Below are positions 48,444 through 56,558 of a stretch of 64,000 nucleotides of DNA, piece by piece. The stretch is from a virus. Position numbers and translations under genes: made by a program. Where the stretch lies: IMG/VR virus record IMGVR_UViG_3300046777_001715, positions 42,257 through 106,256 of that record; one strand, given 5' to 3'. Within the stretch, counting starts at the first letter, position 1, and every line of letters begins with the position of its first letter. Below the pieces are notes generated by a model, which saw only the letters and a list, made by a program, of their open reading frames with translations, was not told where the DNA came from and searched no databases.

Positions 48444-50229
48444 TTTTAGTGATCTTATTGACATGCTCGATGGCGAAGAGTTTGATGAGCGTCCAGTAGA
48501 CTTAAGAACATTTGTTACTAGCCCAGACTATTTAGGCTTACCACCGTTATCCGAATACCAATACACTTTAATTGAAAAGTCTTCACAGATTTATAAAGAA
48601 TCAACATTGAAGAAGCTCTTTGGTGAAGAAGAGGGCGGAAGAATGTTTAAGCAAACTTGTAATGAAGTTATAGCACAGCTTGGTAAGGGTTCAGGAAAAG
48701 ACTACTCTTCTACAATAGCAACCGCATATATAGTTTATTTGTTACTATGTCTAAAAGATCCAGCAACATATTATGGCAAGCCTCCTGGAGACTCAATTGA
48801 TATTCTAAACATTGCTATTAACGCACAGCAAGCAAACAATGTTTTCTTTAAAGGATTTAAAACTAGAATTGATCGCTCACCATGGTTTGCTGGAAAATAT
48901 GAATCTAAAGCTTCAGAAATGAAGTTTGATAAAGCTATTACTGTTCACTCAGGTCACTCTGAAAGAGAAGCTTGGGAAGGATATAACGTAATTATAGTTA
49001 TCCTTGATGAAATTTCAGGATTTGCTACAGAAAATACAACTGGTCATGATCAAGCAAAAACAGCTGACGCTATATATGACATGTATCGTGCCTCAGTTAT
49101 GTCACGTTTCCCAGACTTTGGAAAAGTTATTCTTCTATCTTTTCCACGCTTTAAAAACGACCCAATTCAAAAGTTTTATGAATCCGTAATTGCAGAAAAA
49201 GAAACTGTAATTCAAACTAAAGTTTTAAAGATGGACGAAGATCTTCCAGACGGAATTGAAGGAAATGAAGTAACTGTTGAATGGGAAGAAGATCACATTA
49301 AGGCATATAAATATCCAAAAACATATGCGCTTAAAAGGCCAACATGGGAAGTGAATCCAACAAAAAAGATTGAAGACTTTAAGGTTGATTTTTATAGAAA
49401 TCCATTAGATGCACTTGGAAGATTTGCATGCATGCCGCCAGAAGCTGTAGATGCTTTTTTTAAGTCAAGAGAAAAAGTTGAAAAAGCATTTAGCAATACT
49501 GGAATTGCAGTAGATAAGTTTGGAAGACTGGAGAATTGGTTTAAGCCACAAGAGGGCACAGATTACTTTATCCACGTAGACCTTGCACAAAAGCATGACC
49601 ACTGTGCAGTTTCTCTAGCACATGTTCGTGACTGGGTTAACGTAAGGGTTACAAATGAATATTCTCAGCCAGCACCAGTTGTTGAGGTTGATGCAGTAAT
49701 GTATTGGACCCCAACATCTGATAAGTCTGTAGATTTTACAGAGGTTAAAGACTATATCTTGTCTTTGAAGAGTGCTGGATTTAATATAAGAATATGTACG
49801 TTTGACAGATGGAACTCTCATGATATGATGCAACAACTAAAACAATACGGCATCAATACAGAGATTCTATCTGTCGCTAAAAAGCATTACGATGACATGG
49901 CAATGGTTGTGCTAGAGGAAAGAGTTAAGGGTCCTCACATACCATTGCTTATTGATGAATTGCTTCAGCTTAGAATTATGAGAGATAAAGTAGATCACCC
50001 AAGAAAAGGCTCTAAAGACTTGTCTGACGCAGTTTGTGGATCAATATACAATGCTATTTCAAGGTCTTTGGTTCCAACGGATAGAGAGATTAGGGTTCAT
50101 ACATATGAATCAATGAGTTATGACGCAGACTTTGGGGAGGCTAAAGAAGAATCATTTAATCTTATTAAGCCACCTAAATCTATGCCAAATGACTTGCAGG
50201 ACGCAATAGGAAGAATGATGACAATATGA
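48433..50229 (+). CDS. terL: Terminase large subunit
   Basis: GKGSGKD Walker A, ILDE Walker B, HVDLA..HD, FDRWNS, DHP..GSKD..DA nuclease motifs. Confidence 0.9.
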   Translation: MSFDFSDLIDMLDGEEFDERPVDLRTFVTSPDYLGLPPLSEYQYTLIEKSSQIYKESTLKKLFGEEEGGRMFKQTCNEVIAQLGKGSGKDYSSTIATAYIVYLLLCLKDPATYYGKPPGDSIDILNIAINAQQANNVFFKGFKTRIDRSPWFAGKYESKASEMKFDKAITVHSGHSEREAWEGYNVIIVILDEISGFATENTTGHDQAKTADAIYDMYRASVMSRFPDFGKVILLSFPRFKNDPIQKFYESVIAEKETVIQTKVLKMDEDLPDGIEGNEVTVEWEEDHIKAYKYPKTYALKRPTWEVNPTKKIEDFKVDFYRNPLDALGRFACMPPEAVDAFFKSREKVEKAFSNTGIAVDKFGRLENWFKPQEGTDYFIHVDLAQKHDHCAVSLAHVRDWVNVRVTNEYSQPAPVVEVDAVMYWTPTSDKSVDFTEVKDYILSLKSAGFNIRICTFDRWNSHDMMQQLKQYGINTEILSVAKKHYDDMAMVVLEERVKGPHIPLLIDELLQLRIMRDKVDHPRKGSKDLSDAVCGSIYNAISRSLVPTDREIRVHTYESMSYDADFGEAKEESFNLIKPPKSMPNDLQDAIGRMMTI

Positions 50230-50477
50230 CAAATATATACCAAGAGAGAGCAAAAGAATGCAAGTGCTGTGGAAAGCATGTTCCGCTTCCTACAGTTTTA
50301 CGTGAATTTAATGGAACCATGATGTGTCCTACTACATACGCAAACGTGTTGGAGTATACTAGGATATGGAAGCAAATTGGTTCTAGACCAACTGGAAGTA
50401 TTAGAAAGCATTTTTCTGAATATGTACAGCAAGTTGTTGAATCAACTATTGACAAGAGTGATGAGGCAAACGTATAA
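50226..50477 (+). CDS. Hypothetical Zn-binding protein
   Basis: CKCCG...CP. Confidence 0.6.
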   Translation: MTNIYQERAKECKCCGKHVPLPTVLREFNGTMMCPTTYANVLEYTRIWKQIGSRPTGSIRKHFSEYVQQVVESTIDKSDEANV

Positions 50478-50486
50478 TTAAGCTAC

Positions 50487-50560
50487 GTGGTAGTAGCTTA
50501 GTCGGTTAAAGCCCCGAACTCATAATTCGGTAATCGTAGGTTCGAGTCCTACCTACCGCA
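50487..50560 (+). tRNA. tRNA with CAT anticodon (elongator Met or Ile2)
   Basis: Cloverleaf: GTGGTAG/CTACCGC, GCTT/AAGC, CCGAA-CTCATAA-TTCGG, GTAGG-TTCGAGT-CCTAC; G1-C72 paired, so not initiator. Confidence 0.9.
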
Positions 50561-50573
50561 CAAGGAGAAAGAA

Positions 50574-50885
50574 GTGGAAGACAATATGTCAGATCTAGAT
50601 CACTACATTGAAATTGGCGCTATTGAAGTTGCTGGTGTTGATGAAAGTGGAGAATTTATATTAAGCATTACGGAAGCGGCAAAAGAGTTGGCTCCAGAAC
50701 TTTGGGCAGCTCATGTTAATCATATAGACGAAACTTTAGTGGCGCTTTATGAAAAAGGGCTTATGTCTGTAGACTATGACGAAAATCTAGAGGCCACATT
50801 TTCCTTGAGCGAAGAAGGCATGAAGGTTGCAAAATCTTTTGGGCTTCTTCCAATGGATGTAGAAAAAGATATACCAAACAATTAA
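50574..50885 (+). CDS. Acidic hypothetical protein (winged-helix-like)
   Basis: AAGGAG RBS; L.EKGL......F.L.E.G. Confidence 0.6.
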   Translation: MEDNMSDLDHYIEIGAIEVAGVDESGEFILSITEAAKELAPELWAAHVNHIDETLVALYEKGLMSVDYDENLEATFSLSEEGMKVAKSFGLLPMDVEKDIPNN

Positions 50886-50920
50886 ATGAGTTTTTAAAAA
50901 AAACGTAATATAATTATCCT

Positions 50921-51009
50921 GTAGGAGCTAACCCCCCTACGCATTCGGGCTCGCTACCTTGGGATGATTATGGTTACGTAAAGGCTAACAGTCGTTAGCC
51001 TTTACTTTT
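50921..51009 (+). ncRNA. Candidate stand-alone sRNA (~89 nt)
   Basis: TATAAT at 50909-14; two hairpins, then a perfect 12-bp terminator GTAAAGGCTAAC/GTTAGCCTTTAC plus TTTT; GC-rich and non-coding. Confidence 0.55.
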
Positions 51010-51082
51010 GCCCTTGTAGCTCAGCGGATAGAGCGAGACTCTTCTAAGGTCTGCGTCGGAGGTTCGATTCCTTCCAGGGGCG
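51010..51082 (+). tRNA. tRNA-Arg(TCT)
   Basis: Cloverleaf GCCCTTG/CAGGGGC, AGACT-CTTCTAA-GGTCT, GGAGG-TTCGATT-CCTTC. Confidence 0.92.
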
Positions 51083-51124
51083 CAAAATGCTATAATTAAA
51101 TTAATCTATTCCATAGGAGGAAAA

Positions 51125-51694
51125 ATGGCAGAAGAAACAAGACACCCAAATGCAGTAAAGGTTTTGGCGGCAGCCAGAAAGTATGCTGAAGAAGGGTACA
51201 CAGAAGGACCAAACAACGATACAATTTTTGGAAAGCGCTATGGCATGAACAATCAACCATGGTGTGCAATGTTTGTATCAGGTTGTTTTGATGATGCAGG
51301 GCTAGTTCATCTAGTTGCGGCATCTACAAAGAAGGGCTTTGCATCTTGCGATGCAGGAGCACAGTGGTTTGCAAAGAACAAGAGAATTGTTCCGATTGGG
51401 CAAGCACAAGCAGGAGACGTAGTATTCTTTAACTTTGACAAGACACCAACTGACACAGAGCATGTTGGAATTGTAATTTCAAATGATGGAAAAAATCTTA
51501 TTACTTACGAAGGAAATACATCTGGAGATTCAAAGGGATCGCAGGCAAATGGTGACGGCGTATTTAAGAAGAAAAGAGCCTACAGCCTTGTAATGTCAGT
51601 TGCAAGACCAGATTGGGATGCACCAGCACCAGCTGCTAAGCCAGCAGCTAAGAAGGCAGCTCCAGTCAAGAAGGCAGTTGCAAAGAAGAAGTAA
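51125..51694 (+). CDS. CHAP-domain endolysin with Lys/Ala-rich tail
   Basis: N.PWCAMFVS, GDVVFF, HVGIV, EGNT. Confidence 0.85.
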   Translation: MAEETRHPNAVKVLAAARKYAEEGYTEGPNNDTIFGKRYGMNNQPWCAMFVSGCFDDAGLVHLVAASTKKGFASCDAGAQWFAKNKRIVPIGQAQAGDVVFFNFDKTPTDTEHVGIVISNDGKNLITYEGNTSGDSKGSQANGDGVFKKKRAYSLVMSVARPDWDAPAPAAKPAAKKAAPVKKAVAKKK

Positions 51695-51708
51695 GTTTTG
51701 CTATAATA

Positions 51709-51772
51709 ATATACGGGTCGCCTTCGGGGGCCCGTATATTAATTTATTTGCTTAAAAAGGAGAAATAAAATG
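51709..51772 (+). promoter_or_regulatory. ROSE-like RNA thermometer 5' UTR
   Basis: Stable cUUCGg hairpin, then UUGCU (51748-52) able to pair with SD AGGA (51758-61) with a bulged G. Confidence 0.55.
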
Positions 51773-52195
51773 GTAACACAATTTGCTATGGATTTTTTTA
51801 ATGATCCATTTTTTATCGGGTTCAATCGTGATTTTGACAAGTTGTCAAGAATCCACACCCACGCTACAGGAACAAACTATCCACCTTATAACGTAATTAC
51901 AACAGATGATGAAGATGTATTCTTTATCGAACTTGCGGTTGCGGGATTTGCAAAGGAAGACCTTGAAGTTTCAGTAAAAGAACAGGTTCTCACCGTAAAG
52001 GGAGAAATCAAGGATACTAAGGATGAGCCAAAATATGCTCACCGTGGAATTGCAACAAGAAAGTTTACTCGTGAATTTGCCCTAGGTGAATTTATTGAGG
52101 TAACTGGGGCGGTTGCAGAAAATGGTATGCTCAAGATTTCATTAGAGCGTATTGTTCCTGAAGACAAAAAGCCAAAATCAATCAAGATCAAGTAA
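51770..52195 (+). CDS. hsp20: Small heat-shock protein, IbpA/class-A type
   Basis: FIGF, NYPPYNV, IELAVAGF, HRGIA.R.F.R.F.L, NGML.I.L...VPE..KP..I.I. Confidence 0.92.
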   Translation: MVTQFAMDFFNDPFFIGFNRDFDKLSRIHTHATGTNYPPYNVITTDDEDVFFIELAVAGFAKEDLEVSVKEQVLTVKGEIKDTKDEPKYAHRGIATRKFTREFALGEFIEVTGAVAENGMLKISLERIVPEDKKPKSIKIK

Positions 52196-52237
52196 AAAAC
52201 ACTAGACAATCCTATTTACATAGGGTATACTTATATT

Positions 52238-52297
52238 GTGCACCACTTAATGTGGGCATGAGGGACCTGAGCATTGTCCACGTAAACGGCTCATTTT
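52238..52297 (+). ncRNA. Candidate hairpin plus H-type pseudoknot RNA
   Basis: Follows TAGACA-17-TATACT promoter; GGAC/GTCC and TGAGC/GCTCA crossing stems; then TTTT. Confidence 0.45.
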
Positions 52298-52311
52298 AAA
52301 ATTGGAGACTC

Positions 52312-53034
52312 ATGGAGATTATTGATCTGCAAAAGCCAAATGTGCTAATCGTTAAAGATTTTTTTGATAAGGATCAGGTTAATACAGTTCTTAATATACT
52401 AAAGAGTATATCAGAAGAAGAATGGTATTTTGAAGCAGATAAAAAAAGAGAGCTTGGAACCAATATACATGAAGAGCTTCGTGAAAGTTCTCACAAAAGT
52501 TGGGACGGGATGTCTCTTGGTTTGACATCAAGGGTAGATGCAAAAAAAATGTATCCAACATTACCACATGAAATGTTGATAGATCAAGAACACAAGATAA
52601 AAAAGCTTACAGAAAAAAGATTTAACCAAAATTTGATTTTGCAATTGTCTGGATTAAATAGATGGAGACCAGGAAGAGAACAGCTCCCACATATAGACTA
52701 TTATGATTCTTCAGAAGATCACGACTTTGAAATGCTAGAAAAGTACAATCTTCCTAAAAATAGATTAGAGCAGTTTGAAAAAGGTTTTAACGATAAACAT
52801 TTTTCTTCTTTGGTTTATTTTAACGATGACTATATTGGTGGAGAATTGTATATGCCACAGTGGGATTGGGAGATGAAACCAGAGCCTGGAATGCTAATAT
52901 GTTTCGAGGGAAACGAAAATCATCTTCACGGCGTAAAAATGATGGAAGAAGGAATCAGATACACTTGGTCTTTATTTTGGACAAAGTTTGATTGGGCAAT
53001 GAAAAATAAGCTGGAGGCAATGAAAAATGTATGA
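52312..53034 (+). CDS. 2OG-Fe(II) oxygenase (prolyl-4-hydroxylase-like)
   Basis: H.D (PHID), Y.NDDY.GGEL, HGV, RYT. Confidence 0.85.
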   Translation: MEIIDLQKPNVLIVKDFFDKDQVNTVLNILKSISEEEWYFEADKKRELGTNIHEELRESSHKSWDGMSLGLTSRVDAKKMYPTLPHEMLIDQEHKIKKLTEKRFNQNLILQLSGLNRWRPGREQLPHIDYYDSSEDHDFEMLEKYNLPKNRLEQFEKGFNDKHFSSLVYFNDDYIGGELYMPQWDWEMKPEPGMLICFEGNENHLHGVKMMEEGIRYTWSLFWTKFDWAMKNKLEAMKNV

Positions 53035-53434
53035 GTATAGAGTAAAAAAGGTATTAAATGTTGTAGACGGAGATACAATTGATGCAGATATCGACCTAGG
53101 GTTCGACATCTCTTTGGCTAAAAGAGTTAGAATGGCTGGCATAGATACTCCAGAGTCTCGCACCACGGATAAGTTTGAAAAGACACTAGGGCTTGAGTCA
53201 AAAGAATACCTAAAGAAACAGTTAAAAGACGCTAAGGATGTTGTCATTAAAACGGAACTTCCAGATTCTTCAGAAAAATATGGACGCATACTTGGTTGGG
53301 TTTACATTGACGGAGCAACAAAGTCTATTAATGAGATTATGATTGAAGAAGGATATGCTTGGGGCTACATGGGAGATACAAAGGTTAAAGACTTTGCTGC
53401 TTTAGCTGAAAAGAGAAAAAAGAGCGGTAAGTAA
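53027..53434 (+). CDS. Thermonuclease/SNase-like nuclease
   Basis: VVDGDTID, R.AGIDTPE, KYGRIL, N..MI.EG.A. Confidence 0.88.
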   Translation: MYEYRVKKVLNVVDGDTIDADIDLGFDISLAKRVRMAGIDTPESRTTDKFEKTLGLESKEYLKKQLKDAKDVVIKTELPDSSEKYGRILGWVYIDGATKSINEIMIEEGYAWGYMGDTKVKDFAALAEKRKKSGK

Positions 53435-53616
53435 TGCCTACATACGAGTATTCTTGCATTCAGTGTGATGTGACAAAAGAGATTATAAAGTCTTTTGAAC
53501 AAGCAGACTCTTTAGAGGTTTGTGAAAAGTGTGGATACAACATGACTAAAGTTTACGGATCTTTTGGTATTCAGTTTAAAGGTTCTGGCTTTTATAAAAC
53601 AGATAATCCTAAATAG
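53434..53616 (+). CDS. FmdB-family Zn-ribbon protein
   Basis: MPTYEYSC..C...C..CG...FKGSGFY.TD. Confidence 0.85.
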   Translation: MPTYEYSCIQCDVTKEIIKSFEQADSLEVCEKCGYNMTKVYGSFGIQFKGSGFYKTDNPK

Positions 53617-53671
53617 CTACATGCTATAATTGTAATGTAAACAAAATTTGCATTACATAGGAGAGTCCTAG

Positions 53672-56080
53672 TTGACTGGAAAGGTTAAACTTCTCTTAAC
53701 CAGCCTTATTGTTATAGGCTGGCTTTTCCTTTTTGGGCCAACTAATGCACATGCTGAAGAGGTTACAGTTCAAGTAACGCCAGCAAATCCATCTTCAGAT
53801 ACCGCCACAGCAACCACTCCTGTTACAGTTGAGATAGTTGCAAATAAAGTAGAGGCGGCAGAAACAACGCTACAGGCGGCAGCTCAAACACAGGCAAATA
53901 CGATCATATCTACAATCCAATCAAATGTGCCAAATACAGATACTCAGACTGCTACCCAAATTGCTACAACTCAAGAGCCAATTGCAACTGCAGTTGCAGA
54001 GGCTACAGTCAAGGTTCAAGAGGCTAACAATGCAATACAATCTGCTGAAACAGCAGTCACAGTTGCAGCAACAGCTCAAGCAGCAGTTGAATCACAAACT
54101 GCAGTAGTTGCCACAGCAACAACAAATTTAAATAATGCTCAAACAAATTTAAATACAGTAACTCAACAGGTTGAGTCTCAAACTGCTGTAGTTGCTACAG
54201 ACACCACAAACCTTGCTACAGCTCAAGCTGCAGCCGATGCTTCAGCCGTAGAAACAACAACTAATGGAATTGAGGTAACAACATACGCATCACCTGGAGG
54301 ACAGCAGCCACCACTTCCAGCAGAAAATGCGACACCACTTTCAACCACAACAGTTCCTTATATTGCTCACCAATTTGGAAGCGGACAGGTATTTAATTCT
54401 GGCAGAGTAGACAATGTAATTGTTAAATTTGAAGGAACAATTACTGTTCCAGAAGAAGCAGTAACAGTAAAGTATGCAATTCATTCAGATGACGGCGCAA
54501 AGATGTATGTAGACGGGCAACTTGCAATCAATGAATGGATTGATAAAGGTGGAGGATGGAGTCAATATTCTCCAACTTATAATACAACTACAGACAAGCA
54601 ACAGGACTTTACTATTTGGTACTATGAAAATGGTGGAGGGTCACAAGTTATACTTGGCTGGCTAATAATGAGACAAGATGGAAGTGGATATTTTACTACT
54701 CCAAATCAAACGGCATTTGCAACTACAGTAGTAACAAAAGACCCAGTATTAGTTGCTGCAGTTGCTACCGCACAGACAACTCTCAATAATGATACTGCAG
54801 TTCTTAATACTCTTACTGCACAAAAGACTGCAGCAGAAGAAGTAGTTGCAGATAAGACAGAGGTAAAGGCAGAAGAAGTTGCTACATTAAATCAGCTTAC
54901 AGAAACTGCTACAGCAACAGTTCAAGCAGCAGACACCCTTGCTAACACAGCAACAACAAAAGTAAATGAAGCAGTAACTGCAATGACAAATGCAGCACAG
55001 GTTACAGTTAATTATTATGCAGAGCAACAAGCAGCAGCGCAAGCCGCTGCAAATGCCGCAGCCGCAGCTGCAGCAGCACAAGCAGCACAAGAAGCGGCAG
55101 CAGCGGAAGCTGCAGCACAACAAGCAGCTGCACAAGCAGCAGCTGCAGAAGCAGCAAGAGTTAAAGCAGAAGCAGAAGCCAAAGCAGCAGCCGAAGCTGC
55201 TGCAAAAGCAGAAGCAGAAGCCAAAGCAGCAGCCGAAGCTGCTGCTAAAGCAGAAGCAGACCGTATAGCAGCAGAAGAAGCCGCTGCTAAAGCAGAAGCT
55301 GATCGTATAGCTGCAGAAGAAGCAGCAGCTAAAGCTGAAGCAGAAGCAAAAGAAAAAGCAGAGGCAGATGCAAAAGCAGAAGCAGACAGACTAGCAGCAG
55401 AGGCAGAAGCTAAAGCGCAAGCAGAGGCAGATGCAAAGGCTGAAGCAGAGGCCAAGGCTCAAGAGGAAGCAAACGCAAAGGCTGAGGCAGAAGCTAAAGC
55501 GCAAGCAGAGGCAGATGCAAAAGCAGAAGCTGAAGCAAAGGCTGCGGAGGCAGAAAAAGCTAAGGCAGAAGAAGAAGCATTAAAGAAAGCAGCAGAAGAA
55601 GGCAAACTAACTGAAGAGCAAAAAGAAGTTGTAGTAGAAAAACTTATACAAAATCTTGCTCCAGGAGAATCTATTTCAGTAGCAGAAATTAAAGCAGCAG
55701 GAGTTTCTTATTCAGATTTGCCACCATCAACACCAGTTGAAGTTCGTACAGATGAAAATGGAAACGCTCTTGTAATTACTGCAGCTGTCGCTGCACAAGT
55801 TGAGCTTGTGCAAAATCCAGCAGCTTTGGTAGAAGAATTATTTACTAATCCAGCAGCGGCAATAGCAGCTCTTGGAAGCATTGGTGCAGATATGACTGAA
55901 GAAGAAAGAGAAGAAGCAACAGATATGGTTGTTGCTACAGTTGTTGCAGCAGGTGCCGCTATTAATGCAGTAGGAGCGGCAGCAGGAGGCGCCACTGGAG
56001 GTGGCACAGGCGGAGGAGGAAGTTCTGGTGGAGGCTCAGGAGCTAATTCACCAGGTTCACGAGGAGGAAGAAGATGGTAA
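53672..56080 (+). CDS. Exported PA14-domain, Ala-rich helical-stalk membrane protein
   Basis: Signal peptide (..PTNAHA-EE); PA14 motifs SDDG/YVDG/YYENGG; EAKA repeats; C-terminal hydrophobic segment plus Gly-rich/basic tail. Confidence 0.8.
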   Translation: MTGKVKLLLTSLIVIGWLFLFGPTNAHAEEVTVQVTPANPSSDTATATTPVTVEIVANKVEAAETTLQAAAQTQANTIISTIQSNVPNTDTQTATQIATTQEPIATAVAEATVKVQEANNAIQSAETAVTVAATAQAAVESQTAVVATATTNLNNAQTNLNTVTQQVESQTAVVATDTTNLATAQAAADASAVETTTNGIEVTTYASPGGQQPPLPAENATPLSTTTVPYIAHQFGSGQVFNSGRVDNVIVKFEGTITVPEEAVTVKYAIHSDDGAKMYVDGQLAINEWIDKGGGWSQYSPTYNTTTDKQQDFTIWYYENGGGSQVILGWLIMRQDGSGYFTTPNQTAFATTVVTKDPVLVAAVATAQTTLNNDTAVLNTLTAQKTAAEEVVADKTEVKAEEVATLNQLTETATATVQAADTLANTATTKVNEAVTAMTNAAQVTVNYYAEQQAAAQAAANAAAAAAAAQAAQEAAAAEAAAQQAAAQAAAAEAARVKAEAEAKAAAEAAAKAEAEAKAAAEAAAKAEADRIAAEEAAAKAEADRIAAEEAAAKAEAEAKEKAEADAKAEADRLAAEAEAKAQAEADAKAEAEAKAQEEANAKAEAEAKAQAEADAKAEAEAKAAEAEKAKAEEEALKKAAEEGKLTEEQKEVVVEKLIQNLAPGESISVAEIKAAGVSYSDLPPSTPVEVRTDENGNALVITAAVAAQVELVQNPAALVEELFTNPAAAIAALGSIGADMTEEEREEATDMVVATVVAAGAAINAVGAAAGGATGGGTGGGGSSGGGSGANSPGSRGGRRW
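55020..55600 (+). repeat. Coding low-complexity tandem repeats (AAQAA / KAEAEAKAAAEAA / KAEADRIAAEEAA)
   Basis: Near-identical GCA/GAA-rich units inside the PA14 gene. Confidence 0.8.
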
Positions 56081-56253
56081 GAGTAATAAAAAATATCTTA
56101 AAGGATATGGTTGACCAAGCATGGACGCTTCTCGGAATGTTTATTGCTTGGGTAGTTCTGGACGGAAGTGCAAAGACTGTTGTTGGTTATGGAATTGTGG
56201 CAACAACTGCTCTTTGGATAATTACAAGTCCGATCAGAAATAGGGAGGATTAA
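56074..56253 (+). CDS. Small two-TM membrane protein (59 aa, missing from the ORF track)
   Basis: GAGGAGG RBS; MVRVIKNILKDMVDQAWTLLGMFIAWVVLDGSAKTVVGYGIVATTALWIITSPIRNRED; overlaps the upstream stop. Confidence 0.75.
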   Translation: MVRVIKNILKDMVDQAWTLLGMFIAWVVLDGSAKTVVGYGIVATTALWIITSPIRNRED

Positions 56254-56255
56254 AA

Positions 56256-56546
56256 ATGGCAAAAGCACATATTGAAGAGCCAACACAGGTTGGATCTGGA
56301 GCAATTGCAAGCATTAATAATATTTTTATGAGAATTGTTGCTGTATTTGCAGCATCAGGTCTTTCAGTAATTGGAGCAGGAGCAGTAGTCGGAATTGAAA
56401 CATACAAGGCTGTCATTCTTGCAGGAACATTAGGGGTAGCAACAGTTGTTGAAAAGCTAGCTCGTGGATTCCTAGATGATGGAAAGCTAACTATTGACGA
56501 AATTAATAATGCATTTTCAGCAGTAGATAAAAAAGCTCAAAAGTAG
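56256..56546 (+). CDS. Small membrane protein (holin-like topology)
   Basis: GGAGG RBS; two Gly-rich hydrophobic helices; DDGKLT..EI..AF tail. Confidence 0.7.
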   Translation: MAKAHIEEPTQVGSGAIASINNIFMRIVAVFAASGLSVIGAGAVVGIETYKAVILAGTLGVATVVEKLARGFLDDGKLTIDEINNAFSAVDKKAQK

Positions 56547-56558
56547 TATAATATATAC

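Noticed and set aside
50921-50940. Actinobacterial 6C RNA
   Set aside because: Only one C-run, partly base-paired; 6C RNA has two C-rich loops
52258-52297. Pistol or hammerhead ribozyme
   Set aside because: Shares UGAGC...UAAAC...GCUCA with the pistol P1/pseudoknot scaffold but lacks P2/P3 and the catalytic core; no CUGANGA/GAAA hammerhead core
55015-55455. Ala/Ser-rich minus-strand ORF (likewise 61408-61959)
   Set aside because: Mirror of low-complexity Ala codons on the + strand
55020-55600. Tandem repeats as a possible CRISPR array or DGR repeat
   Set aside because: In-frame coding repeats without unique spacers; no reverse transcriptase or cas operon in the window
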